Positions 12,756-26,100 of a DNA stretch of 64,000 nucleotides are shown piece by piece. A model generated the notes under the pieces. That model did no database searches. It was not told where the DNA came from and saw nothing but the letters and a program-made list of their open reading frames with translations. A program made the position numbers and the translations under genes. The DNA is taken from the NCBI GenBank assembly GCA_951406725.2, contig OX597814.1, positions 89,094,001 to 89,158,000 of the forward strand, given 5' to 3'. This DNA is from Octopus vulgaris. Taxonomy: Eukaryota. Every line of letters begins with the position of its first letter. The first letter of the stretch is position 1.

Positions 12756-15700
12756 CATACAATATATATGGCATTAAGATTAGGAAGGGCATCCAGTTGT
12801 AGAAACCATGCCAAATCAAACTGGAGTCTGGTGCAGCCCCTCAGCTTACCGGCTCTGGTCAAACCGTCCAATCCAGCATGGACAATAGACGTTAAATGAT
12901 GATGATGATATTTATAAATTTCCATATGTTTTTTACTTTGCAGAGAAGTATGGCATCCCTAAACCATGGTACTTTCCTTTCTACCCAAAATACTGGGGTC
13001 TTGAAGGGGCCAACTCTTTGAAGCATTACTCTTCATCTACAATTGCACCTGACACATTCTGTAAGTGATTTTTCTCTTGTTTTGTATTTTATGTTTTTGT
13101 TCAAATATTGCTTTACAATATTTAATGAAATATCAAGACAAGAAACTGCTTCTGGATTAGCTAAAATAATATTTTTTTAGTAGAATATTCAGAATGTTCT
13201 TGGGATAGTTTAAATTGTTGCAAGTCTCCACCTAGATTTCTGATTTAGAACTGCAGCCTAATTATATCTCCATAAGAGATATTCCTAACTCCATGAACCT
13301 AATTATATCACCATAAAAGACATGAGTACCTACGTAAATGTTTATTGACCAATCAGTATTGGTTGACATGTAGTAATTAGCAGTGGCATCATTAAAGAAG
13401 GTTTTGTAAATTCCCATCAAGTTGTATTTTCAAAGGTTCTAGAAGCTTTTCTTGTGGTCATAAAACCCTGGAGTATCGATCCCTTGAGCAGAGCCACTTT
13501 AAATGATACACAGATCTCTGCTACTTTGTTCCATGAGGAAGTCTTTATATGGTCACTCAGTATTCTAGAAATAGCAATAGTAGTCAAATCTCTTTTAACT
13601 CAAACTCCCATCATTTTAAAATATGATATATTTGACATGATGGTCAATATTCCCTGTACATTGGAAGAAGTTGGGGTGATCATGGCTAAGATAATTTGAT
13701 CATAGAGCTGTTCAGTTAAGGCTGACTTTGACTCAACAGTATCAACTGACAGCACACATTATTCCCTCATCCAAACTTCATCATCCAAGTACATCACATG
13801 CCCATACTATGTCAATTTTCTCTTCTGCACACTTCAACTATTGTTTAATGTCCAGGTATTCTGTGTTAAATATTAGGTTGTCCCAAAAGTTCGTAAACAC
13901 TTGTGAAAATTGAATTTTTACTCGCCAAGTACGAACAAAAACAACAAAAATTATTCCTCAAAATAAAGACCATTATTTTCCAAGACTTTCTACGAACTTT
14001 GGGGATAACCTTATACTTGTAAATCTTTTGTTTTCAGAAAAATAAAATTTAGTTGAAGTTTTTATTTTGTATAGTAAATTAAATAAATAACTTTAAAATA
14101 TTTGTCATTGTGTTCTCATTTATAAGATTCCTCGGATGTCCTTTATGAAAACCGTTCTGCAAAAGGACCAGTTGGCATTTCTTTGATGAATTTGTCTAAG
14201 AGATATGGTACTGAAACAGCAGTGCAGAATTTATCCCTTAAATTTCACAAAGGTGAGATAACAACAATTCTTGGACAAAATGGAGCTGGAAAAACTACAA
14301 CATTGTAAGTTACATAATTAATCTATATCAAAAGCCCTTTTTTTTTTATTATTGTTACCATAATGTGAAATCCTACCAGAGTAAAATTTACTATTTTTCT
14401 ATCTAGGTTTGATAAATGAATATTGTGGATATTAAACAGAGATTGATATTTTTAATCAAATATGCAAATACAGACATGAAATCATGTGTAATTAATAAAT
14501 TATTGGCATCTTTGTACAATGAGTGAAAGATTCCTATCAAGCTAAAGTTGCATTCTGGTTTCATTTCTCAGATCTGCCTTATTTTTTATTTTTTTATTGC
14601 CACACGGGGTTAAACATAGAGGGGACAAACAAGGACAGACAAAAGGATTAAGTCAATTACATTGACCCCAATGCATAACTGGTACTTATTTCCTCAACCC
14701 CGAAAGGATGAACGGCAAAGTCAACCTCTACGGAATTTGAACTCAGAATATAACAGCAGACAAAATACCGCTAAGCATTTCGCTCGGTGTGCTAACGATT
14801 CTGCTAGCTTGCCGCCCTTATTTGAAACCTTAAAATACTTTAAAAAATATCAACTCATTGCCACTTCCCATTTCACCACAATAACTCCATAGTTCAGTTG
14901 GAAGATATAAACTCATTTTTGCTTTTATATTTAAGCTTCTCACCATCCAAACGTGGCTGTTGCCAGCACCACCCCGACTGGCCTCCGTGCCGGTGGCACG
15001 TAAAAAGCACCATCCGATCGTGGCCATTTGCACATAAAAAGCACCCACTACACTCACAGAGTGGTTGGTGTTAGGAAGGGCATCCAGCCATAGAAACATT
15101 GCCAGATCAGACTGGGCCTGGTGCAGCCATCTGGCTTCCCAGACCCCAGTTGAACTGTCCAACCCATGCTAGCATGGAAAGCGAACGCTAAACGATGATG
15201 ATGATGATGAATTCTTCCAACAAACTATAATCACCAGAAACCATTAAATCTTATATGTTTTCTCAATCTTATTGCCCTTCAACTGTACTTTAGATATAAA
15301 TTTCACACTTCATTAAATGACCATAGTGTTGGGATACCTAATTATTCATTTGGTTATTTTAATACTCATTTTTTTTTCATCCCATTTCAGTAATATGCTA
15401 ACTGGCTTGATGGAGTCAACAACTGGTATTGTAGCATTCTATGACTCTGAGAAAGGGAAAAATAATAGTTGGCTTGGCATCTGTCCTCAACAAAATATTT
15501 TGTTCGAGTAGTAAGTATAGTTTGCTTCTTTTCATTTTACTTATGCTATTGGCTGCTTTCTTGTTCATGATTTTGTACTGTTCTATTTACCATTATTAAG
15601 AAGTACCTTAGTGCAGTAAAACCTATTCCATTTTTTAAATAATAGACATATATAGTAATGATCTTTAGCTTATGCACAGAACCCACAAACTATCAGAGAG

Positions 15701-18700
15701 GATGTCATCAATATGACTGATATAATTACTTATTTTACTGACAGTTTGCTTCTAGTTCTGCTACCAACATCCCCATTGTGTTATTACAAAATTTGTGAAC
15801 ATCTCATATGATAAAAACAGAATTTTCCCGTAAGTTGGGATATGAAATTGAATTGCAAATGAGAGTCATCAACTGCCTTATCTGATGTATGATAATGCAG
15901 TTATAATGATCCTTATGCTCATTATGCTTCATAAGATCATTATCATTATAATCATACAGAGATAAAATATCCAATTTAGAGTTCTTTCAAATAAATCTGT
16001 AAGTTAAATAAAACTCAGACTCATTGTAATTCCAAACTATAATCCTGTTTAATTCCTTTTATTTACAGCATGACAACAGAAGAACACATCCGATTCTACA
16101 TCAGTATTAAAACAGGATGGCAGGGAAAGAAATTAGAGAGAGAAGTTCGCTCGTGAGTTTATTATTTGTTTTTACCTTTGAATTCAAGGAAATCACTATG
16201 TTGTATACTTAATTATTTGATTTCACTAAATTGTTTCATTGTTTGAACTTGTACTGTGCATTCTCACTGCTTTATTGTTCAACCTTGTTGTATTGCCAGT
16301 TGATTCATCTGACAGTACAATCCCATCTTGGTGCATGATTTGTTTGATCTGATTACCTATCTGTTGTGTGATCACTGGTGATTATGACTGCTTTCATAGT
16401 AATTCACCTGTCATCTTCTAGACAACCCTTTAAAAGTATGAGTATATGCAATTATGAAGGCTGCTTGTTAGAGGGGTTTTTTTTTTTGGCTTTTGTGTTA
16501 TTGGTTTTTGCAAATTATTACTGACACTCTCTTAGGGACTTGTAATTATTTCTCAAAAGGAAAAACAGCTCAAGCTGGATATGAGTTGTAGTATTTACAA
16601 TGGCTGGCTGAAAGCTGCTACAAATTACAAGCAGACATCCACCCTCAATGTTACCACATTACATGGCTTCTTTTAGAGTTTTCTTTCTTAGCCCTTGGCT
16701 TTACCAAGAACTAGTCAATGGTTTAACTATACAAGACAATTATGCTTAATTCCCTGAGGTATTGTATACCAGCATATCTTTCTGGTTTTATTGTGTATTT
16801 AATTACGTAGCCTATCTACAGATAATCTACTTTCTATTGTTTTATTTCACTGTGCCATGTTGTTCATCCAATCATTCATTTATTCGATAATGATCGTTAA
16901 TTTATTCACGCACGTAAGTTCAATGATTATTCAACAAAAGAGTATAATGGATGTTTGCTTTGATGATGTGATAAAGTCTCTGCAAACCAAGTTCTCAAAC
17001 TTCTTTCAAATCCATTTCTATTTCCCAAGAATATTAATTTATGTTACAAATACTCTTGTGAAAGATAAACTTCATGACCTTCTGTCCTTCACATGAACTT
17101 GACAGCTTACATAATTTGCTCTTACCAACTAAAGTGAAAATAAATACCAATCCCACTTTACATGTAAGAGCTAGAAACCCAATTCCTGCAACTGATGGCC
17201 AATTCTAAGTCATGCTGTTTTTATTTTTACTTATGCACCCTTTTCAAGCCTAGCCAGGCTCATGGGCCTGGTTTCCCGGTTTCTATGGCGTATGTGTCCT
17301 CCCCTCCCCTCCCCAGCTGGACGGAACGCCAGTCCATTGCAGCATTACTCAAGAAACAGGAAGAAAGAGTGAGAGAAAGTTGGGGTGAAAGAGTACAACA
17401 AGGGTCGTCATCACCCCCTGCCGGACCTCGTGGAGCTTTAGGTGTTTTCGCTCAATAAACACACACAACACCCTGTCTGGGAATCAAAACCGTGATCCGC
17501 TGACCGCAAGTCCACTGCCCTAACCACTGGGCCATTACTCCTCCTAAGTCATGCTGTGCATGACTTAAAATTCATAGACATATTTAATACATGTTTACAT
17601 CACACAAAATGTATATTGTCACCATTAAGAAAATGAATATTAATGTCTTCTTTTTTTCCATTTCCAGTATTCTAAAAGATGTTGATCTCCTACATATGCG
17701 TAATACACCTGCAAAACAACTCTCTGGTGGAATGCAAAGACGTCTCTGTGTGGCTTTAGCATTTGCTGGCAAATCTAGTATTGTTGTTCTTGATGAACCT
17801 ACAGCTGGTGTAGATCCAAGTGCAAGACGAAGCATCTGGGACCTCATTCTTAAATATAAGAATGGTTTGTAGTCTTTCATTTGATCTGTGTGTTAGCATG
17901 TGTCAATGTATGTTTGTTGTTGTGTATCAGTATTACTAAGCCCGCAATTCAGACTTGATTTGTCAGACCTAAGACCAGAGACATTCCATCCATGACCATC
18001 TGCCTTTTTTTATACATAATGTATCTAGAACTACATCGTCTACCATGTCTTTCTTTTTTAAGGTGGGAGAATGTGAGTTAAGATACATTTTACTTTTATC
18101 TTTAGCCGATGGATTGACTAAATCGGAGTTCCTTCATTGGCTCACTGACCACGTACAGGTTTCTTTATGTGTCAGTATATGAATCTTAGTCAGTCCCATT
18201 GTACTATGTATCATGTATCATTGCAAATATCAAATAAATAAATAAAATGTTCTTGTTATTAACATACAGAATACCAGTTCTTTTTCTTTTATCTTAAACC
18301 AAAGAAAAGAATGCATTTCTCCATCTTACTAACTTGCAACAACTCAAACTAAGCATCATCTGTATTAACTTCATGTTCTTCTCTCAGTTTGTTAGTCTAA
18401 GAAAATCTAAGTAAGGCTCCATACATTTTGATTCTTCTTCAAACTATGAGATTACAAAAAAGTACATGCATAAAAAATTATTTATATATTTATATATATT
18501 TCAAGAGTACTGTAATTTACTTGAAGCATTGTATAAATGACATTAATTCTTTTAAAAAAAGCTTTTTATTAATGAAGGTGAGAAGTTAGACAAAATATTA
18601 AGCAAAAGATGTATTACCATACATAGGTTGTTGAATGCTTCTGTTATATTTGGGGAAAGATTCCCCTTTTCAACTATAAAAAAGAAAATAATCTAAGAGT

Positions 18701-20472
18701 AATAACACTCGTAAATAACACTAGGAGGGGAGAAGGAACGTAGCACAAGTGAATGGACCTAATATGAGCATGTATCTGTCAGCTACTGAATGACAGCTGG
18801 TACTCAAGACAACCATGGGTTCATGGAGATACTTTGGTTGTCGGCAAGCTGACAAAAACGTTAGCACATCGGACGAAATGCGTAGCCGTATTTCATCTGC
18901 CGTTACATTCTGGGTTCAAATTCCGCCAAGGTCGACTTTGCCTTTCATCCTTTCGAGGTCGATAAATTAAATACCAGTTATGCACTGGGGTCGATGTAAT
19001 CGACTTAATTCGTTTGTCTGTCCTTGTTTGTCCCCTCTATGTTTAGCCCCTTGTGGGTAATAAAGAAACATATATTAAAGACATTTTTAAAAGACTTTAC
19101 CAACTATGTAATTTATGAACCTTTCCAATCAAATTAAGTAAGCTATGGAATATCTTCTCTGTTTTTATTTATTAGCATCATCTTGCATATTTTGCCTCCA
19201 TTGTTTAAAGGATTTTAAAACATTTGTATTTTTTATATATATGAATGTATAGAAGTTTATCTATAACTAATCTTTTTTATCTCTTCAGACCGAACAGTGA
19301 TTATGTCAACACATCACTTGGATGAAGCTGACATTCTTAGTGACAGAGTTGCTATTCTTCACAAAGGAAAATTACTTTGTTGTGGATCCACGCTGTTCTT
19401 GAAAAGACATCTTGGAAAAGGCTATTGCTTATCACTCGTGAAAAATACACCACCACTTTCCGTATGTATAAATTTTGTATATTTTTGATTTGAATCAGAA
19501 ATTACAATTCGGATACATTCATTCAGTGTCAAAGTATTACTGACTGTAAAAGTTTGGTGAATAGCTGTTGTCATGTGTAGAACTGATTCAGATGCCAGCT
19601 GAGTTCATTATGAAGACAGCTCTGCTGCTTTCCCTTGACTAGGTAAAGCAAGTAGTTTTCATCTGTCTAGTGTCAGTTATGGAAGAAGATAGTGTGGTGA
19701 ATGTGATTGAAAGGAGTAATAACAGGCATTTTCCTGTCCAGTTAACTTTTTCAAGTTCATTTGGAAAGAAAAACGAACGTAGACAAGGAAGTGATAATTC
19801 ATATGTAAATTCATTGAAAGGTTGATGACAGTTGTGAATGTGGCACAAGTGAATGGATCTAATATGAGCATGTATCAGTCAGCTACTGAATGACAACTGG
19901 TACTCAAGACAACCATGGGTCCATGGAGATACTTTGGTTGTCATTAGCCTATATTAAAGACATTTTTAAAAAACTTTACCAACTATGTAAAAATCCAATT
20001 GCATTTTATTTTTCATTTCTCATTCAATTTTATGTAACCTGTCCTTCATTTATTACAATATGCTCTTCATTTATTACAATAAGATTAATGAACTGGTTTA
20101 CCATCCAAATAGATGATTTTCAAACAGCATTTTTGTTGTACTCCAAGAGAACCGTAATAACTCTGGCAAACAAGAGACTCACTATCTAGCTAAGAATTGA
20201 CTGAATTACAATAGAAAGCATATGCTCTTCCAGCCTTTAAAATATTTGTTTCTAATAACAAAATAAATGATTGAATATACAACATTTTTCTTCTTGGAAA
20301 ATTAATTTTAAAAAATATTCATTTCAATTTCTTTGGAATAAGTATATATATACAAATATATAATATATATACATGCATATATTGAGAAGTATAATGCTTG
20401 AAACTCTTGGCTCTCATTTCACTTATGAACCTTTCCAATCAAATAATACACACACACACATACACACACTCA

Positions 20473-20512
<40 letters not shown>

Positions 20513-21062
20513 CACACGCACACACATACATACATATACAAGGGGTTCTGAAGAGTTCCTGGCTTTAAGTGTACTGCAAAAGGCCTGGTTGGGGACCAAA
20601 ACTTCTGAGTTCTTTTACAGGGTTTAGAAAAACTGAAGGACTTCTGCAATAAGTGTGTGAATCTGAGAATATGTTCATTAAAATCATATTTAACTGATGC
20701 TCCTGTATTTTCTTTTACCCAAAGACAGGAACTTTTCAACATCCCTTCATGTGTGTGTGTGTGTGTGTGTGTGTATACATATATCATAGTGGGGCAGACC
20801 AATTTATAGGGTTACCCTGGGTTTCTTGCTCATAAGGGATTTAGCCTTACAGTGTATCTTCAGACCCCAAACACTGCCGGATTAAAACTTAGGGTCTCAG
20901 TTCAGCAGTGTTTGCGGTCTGAAGATATGCTGTAAAGCTAAACCCCTTATGAGTGAGAGACTCAGGGTAAACCCGTAAACCGACTTACCCCACTATAATA
21001 TTAACTGCTCTACATCTTAGAATGTGCTTCTCCTCCAGATTTATGTATTTCTACAAACGATC

Positions 21063-21125
<63 letters not shown>

Positions 21126-23082
21126 ATTAAGTTTGAGGTTTATTTGTAACTTGTAACAGGTTTAACTTGCTGCAATTGTTGGATATATTACCATTCTCTT
21201 AGCAGATGTAAAAACCATGTTGTTAGGGTTATTTATTTAGAAGGAATTAACTGCAAAACTAAAGTTAACTTAATTTTCTTTACTAATCTATGAGGCACTA
21301 ATCAAACAACAATAGTTAGAAATGTCTACAAAATGAATGTATTCTTCAAATTTCCATTTTTCTTTTCTAGGGTTCTGCAAATTCACTTACAGCAAGTGGT
21401 AAGTAATGCTTTCAGATTTTCTTAGCATTTTAGGAAAATGTTTTACCACTTTATAAAAATCATTAGAGTGTTGAATAGAGTACAAACTGTTTCTGAAGTA
21501 AATGAAATGAAGTAAAAGTACTTACTTTGATTAGTATTCCTATAAGGCATCTGAGATGTTAATATAATTTAAAATGAAAAGAAAAAATAATAAAAAGAAT
21601 AGTTTGGTTTACAAGCAATCCAAAATCAGTGTAAGATTGTAAATTATTTCTCAGTTTACCAGACTGGTAAAATTTTACCTCTTGAGAATGATACAGACCA
21701 GCAAGTAACAGCTGTGATTTAGTTTCAATTCCCTGAAAATTGGTTTGTTTCTCAATAAAAAAAATACTTTAGTATTGGGACAGGTAGACTGAGCAATAAA
21801 GTTATGAAAAAATCAGGTGAACTATCCTACTAAAGAATTAGTATCAAGCTACAAGCTACAGTAGCATCGGCCCTTAGTGGTTAGCCACATTTAAGTGGTA
21901 AATATACTTCACAATTAGTATCAAGTTTGTGTTGTAAGATCTTGGGAGTAAAATTCAAAACACAAGTTACCTGCTAGCAGCAACTACCCAGAAAGCAAAG
22001 GTTTCCATCTATGGACTTGCCTTTAAAACATAATTTAAAAGATAAAGCCATCAGTGATACTTTTATACCAATGGGTCTTGAGATATTTTCATTTCAGAAT
22101 TAATTTCATAAATGTAAAGAGTTACATTATTGTAATATGAATACATATGTCAATCACAAAATAATTATAACATTAAATGAATTGAGAGACCTTTGGGGAA
22201 TATGCCTTGCTAATTTTATTCCAGAGTTCATAAAATATTTTTTTTAAATTACATTAATGAAATATATATATATTCCTCTAGATTTTTTCCCTCATTAAAA
22301 TATTATCAACACTTACTCTGTAAAATAAGGCATGTAAAATCAAAGACTGTACATACAAAATAAAAATCACTCATTTTCAATTTAGAAAGATAAACAGAAG
22401 AGAAATCAGAGCAGTCTAATTTAATTTTCTTTTTGTTAACATAACCAATCTGGAATACCAAATTATTTATTATATTATAACTTGTGAAGTATTCATCTGT
22501 GTTATATAATATTAAGAATTTAAGTGATATATATATATATATATAAGTTGTACATAGTATTGTAAACATATTCGTTAACATATTCATAAACATTACAATA
22601 TAAAGTGACACCATACCATAACAATCTTGATTTTAAAGTTTTATATGACTAATTGTAGTACATCATACCTGTAATTAAGGTTGCTTTCTTTTTGCTTCCT
22701 TTCTTTTTATTTTTCATATATATTATATATGTATATTACAGATTCTTTTGATGCTCAAAAAACACTGGATTTTATTTCCAAATATATCCCGGGACCTGAA
22801 ATCTCTGAAAACTTCAGTGAAGAAGCAACTATTCTTTTGCCTGCAGATGAAAAGATAAGAGGAAACTTCTCTGCTTTCTTTGAAGATTTTGATGACAACC
22901 TCAATAAACTTGGAATTAAAAACTATGGCATATCTGACACAACTTTAGAAGAGGTAATGAAGCACTTTTAGTTAAACAAAATTCTAATCTTGACAACAAA
23001 GAATTATAGCATGGCTGGTATTTCATAAATGGTGACGTAGTGACTATTTCACTGTTATAATTACCATCACTATCATCACCAG

Positions 23083-23115
<33 letters not shown>

Positions 23116-26100
23116 CATCATTATCATCATCACCATCATCATTAGCAGCACCATCTACAACAACATTATATTATTATAGTCGTCAATATGCCTTTTTCTC
23201 TGTTGGTATGGTATTTGTGCATTTCATAACATCACTGGTTTCAATCTTTTTTGTTATCTCATCTGAGAGACACAACATTTTGAAGCCATAAGATTTCATT
23301 CTTTATCTTCTTTTGGTCTTCTTCTGTCCAGCACACAGCATATTTTCATACATTTCTCACCTTCCATTCACACCTCATTTTTCTACTATCACAGTTTATC
23401 ACCTCTGCTGATAGCTTTAATGACTGACCACCTATATTTTCTGCTTTCCTACATACTGTCTTTGGTGTGAATTAGCATTACACTTCCAACAAATCATATT
23501 ATTGGTTAATAAAATACATTTGTCCCACTTTCTAGGTGTTCCTCCAAGCACGTGAACTCTCTAATGCAGGATTACCAATGACTCCTGAAAACATGAAGTC
23601 TACATTACTGGATGATACTAAAATGTCTGCAAGATCTGAAAGTCATCAGAGTTTAGAGTCCCGAGACATAAATGAATTTAACTCAGGTGAGTTTTCTAAT
23701 ACATTATATCACCCTGTTTTAGTAAAGATTATAGCATCATTTTAGAGCCAGTTTGTAAAACATTCTAGTAATCAACATATGGTAGGGAAGATTAATTTAA
23801 CACTTTAACTGATATCAACCCATGCTAGCATGGAAAGCGGACGTTAAACGATGATGATGAATGATACTCTGAAAAGCTGCAAGCTGACAGAATGATTACA
23901 ACACCAGACAAAATGCATAGCAGTATTTCTTCCAGCTTTATGTTCTGAGATCAAACTCTGCCAAAGTTAACTTTGCCTTTCATCCTTTTGATGTCAATGA
24001 AATAAGTGCCAGTTGTGGTGTATGCGAGAGATTCGAAATAAGGACACCTACCTTCTCTTCGCTCGACAGAGACCACTCAGTGGTAATGGACCCTTCAACG
24101 CAGCCTGACCCAAACACTAGAAATAGCAGCTGCTTCTCCCCTACCTTAACAAGGTGCTCACATGTCTGACTCCCTCGGTTACCTCGATCGAAAAGGCCCC
24201 AATGCTCCCTGCCTGCGGGAGTGTAACTGCTGTCCCTTCCTCTTCCGGTCAGCCCCAAGTTCCCATCAGCTTCCCAGCTGCTGACGTCATCCCACACCAG
24301 TCAACGAGACTCTTACCCTAAAATTTCAAGTCTAGAAAGAATCAATAGTACTCTGAAAAGTAAATGCATCTACAAGCATCTTGATCTAGAATTGAAGCTC
24401 ACATCTCCTACTGCCCTGATTAGTACATTAACCTTGCCCGGGAAGTATATTAAATTTTATATTGCCAGAGCATTTCATTAGAATTCAAGTATTACTATAC
24501 CAGGACATTTTCAGTTATTTTACTGCTAGTATGGCACTATCCCAACACTGTAGTAGTTAGTACACTTGCCTAGTCTGCAGAAGGTTATCAGTCATTGTAG
24601 TGTTGGATTACCTGTTTACAAATGGATATAAGAATGAATGTGTAGTTGAGATTTTTTTTCTCAACCACATGGTTTCCAAGTTTACTCACAATATGCAACA
24701 TCTTGGACAGGTGCCTTCTACCACAATATCAGGTTGCCCATTAACTGGAGGTGAAATTTAAACCTGAAACTAAGCAGCAGCTTCATCATGACTATCATCA
24801 TCACTTAATGTCCGTTTTCCATGCTGGCATGAGTTGTACAGTTCAACAGGAACTGACAAAAGCTGGAGGGCTGTACCAGGTACCAATCATCTGTTTTGGC
24901 TTGGTTTCTACAGTTGGATGCTCTTCCTGATGTCAACTACGTAACAGAGTGTACTGGATGCTTTTTACATGGTACAAGAATAGGTGCTTTTACATGACAC
25001 TGGCATGGAGTACCAAAGCCTGTCGTATATATATATGTATTTATGTATGTATATATGTGTATATATATATATGTATATATATGTATATATATATATATAT
25101 ATACACACACACATACATGCATATATGTATATATATGTTTATATATACATGTATGTATGTGTGTGCATATATTCATGCATATGATGTGTGTATGTATTTA
25201 TTTATCTGCCTGTTTATATATATGTGTGTGTGTGTGTGTATGTATGTTTTTATATATATGCATGTTTATATATATATTTATGTGTATACACACACACACA
25301 CACATAAACTTACTTATATATATATTTTTTATACATATATGTATGAGTATAAATTTCACTAAAGTGAAACAATGAATGATGCAAACATTGGCAAATTCTT
25401 TGAACAAAGAATTCCTTTACCATGTATGTTCTACATTGAGTTGGTGACAGTCACTTATCATTTTCACAATGAGAAATGCAATGAACCAGTAATAGTTTCA
25501 TTAGAAACCTGTGGTTAACAATTCTATTTCATTGGTTGCAATTTAATTGTGACCCCCTTCAGTCGTGAATGACCGTGGGATTGCAGCTAGAAAGTTACCC
25601 TCTGAGGCACAAGTCTATGCAAGGTTGTTTATGGATGACCAGCAGTCACCCATGCATACCAGCTTCCCTTCTCCACTCCACCGATGTTATCCGAGGGAAA
25701 GGCAAAGGCCAATACAGCTTGGCACCAGTGACGACGCAGCTTATTTATCAACATGCAAGTGGCTGAGCACTCCACAGACATGTGTACCCTTAACGTAGTT
25801 CTCGGGGAGATTTAGCATGATACAGAGTGTGACAAGGCTGGCCTTTTCAAATACAGGTACAACAGAAACAGGAAGAAAGAGTGAAAGTTGTGATGAAAGA
25901 GTACAGCAGGGTTCACCACCACCCCTTGCTGAAGCCTCGTGGAGCTTTAATTGTTTTCACTCAATAAACACTCCCAATGCCCAGTCTGTGAATCGAAACC
26001 ACGATCCTACGACCGCAAGTCCGCTGCCCTAACCACTGGGCCATTGCGCCTCCAAAAAATATGGAATACTTCACGAATTTGCATGTCATCCTTGCACAGG

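Larger units (their letters stand above)
18743..19990 (+). repeat. Direct duplication (~150 bp) flanking exon 14
   Basis: 18743-18842 plus 19070-19110 match 19843-19990. Confidence 0.85.
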
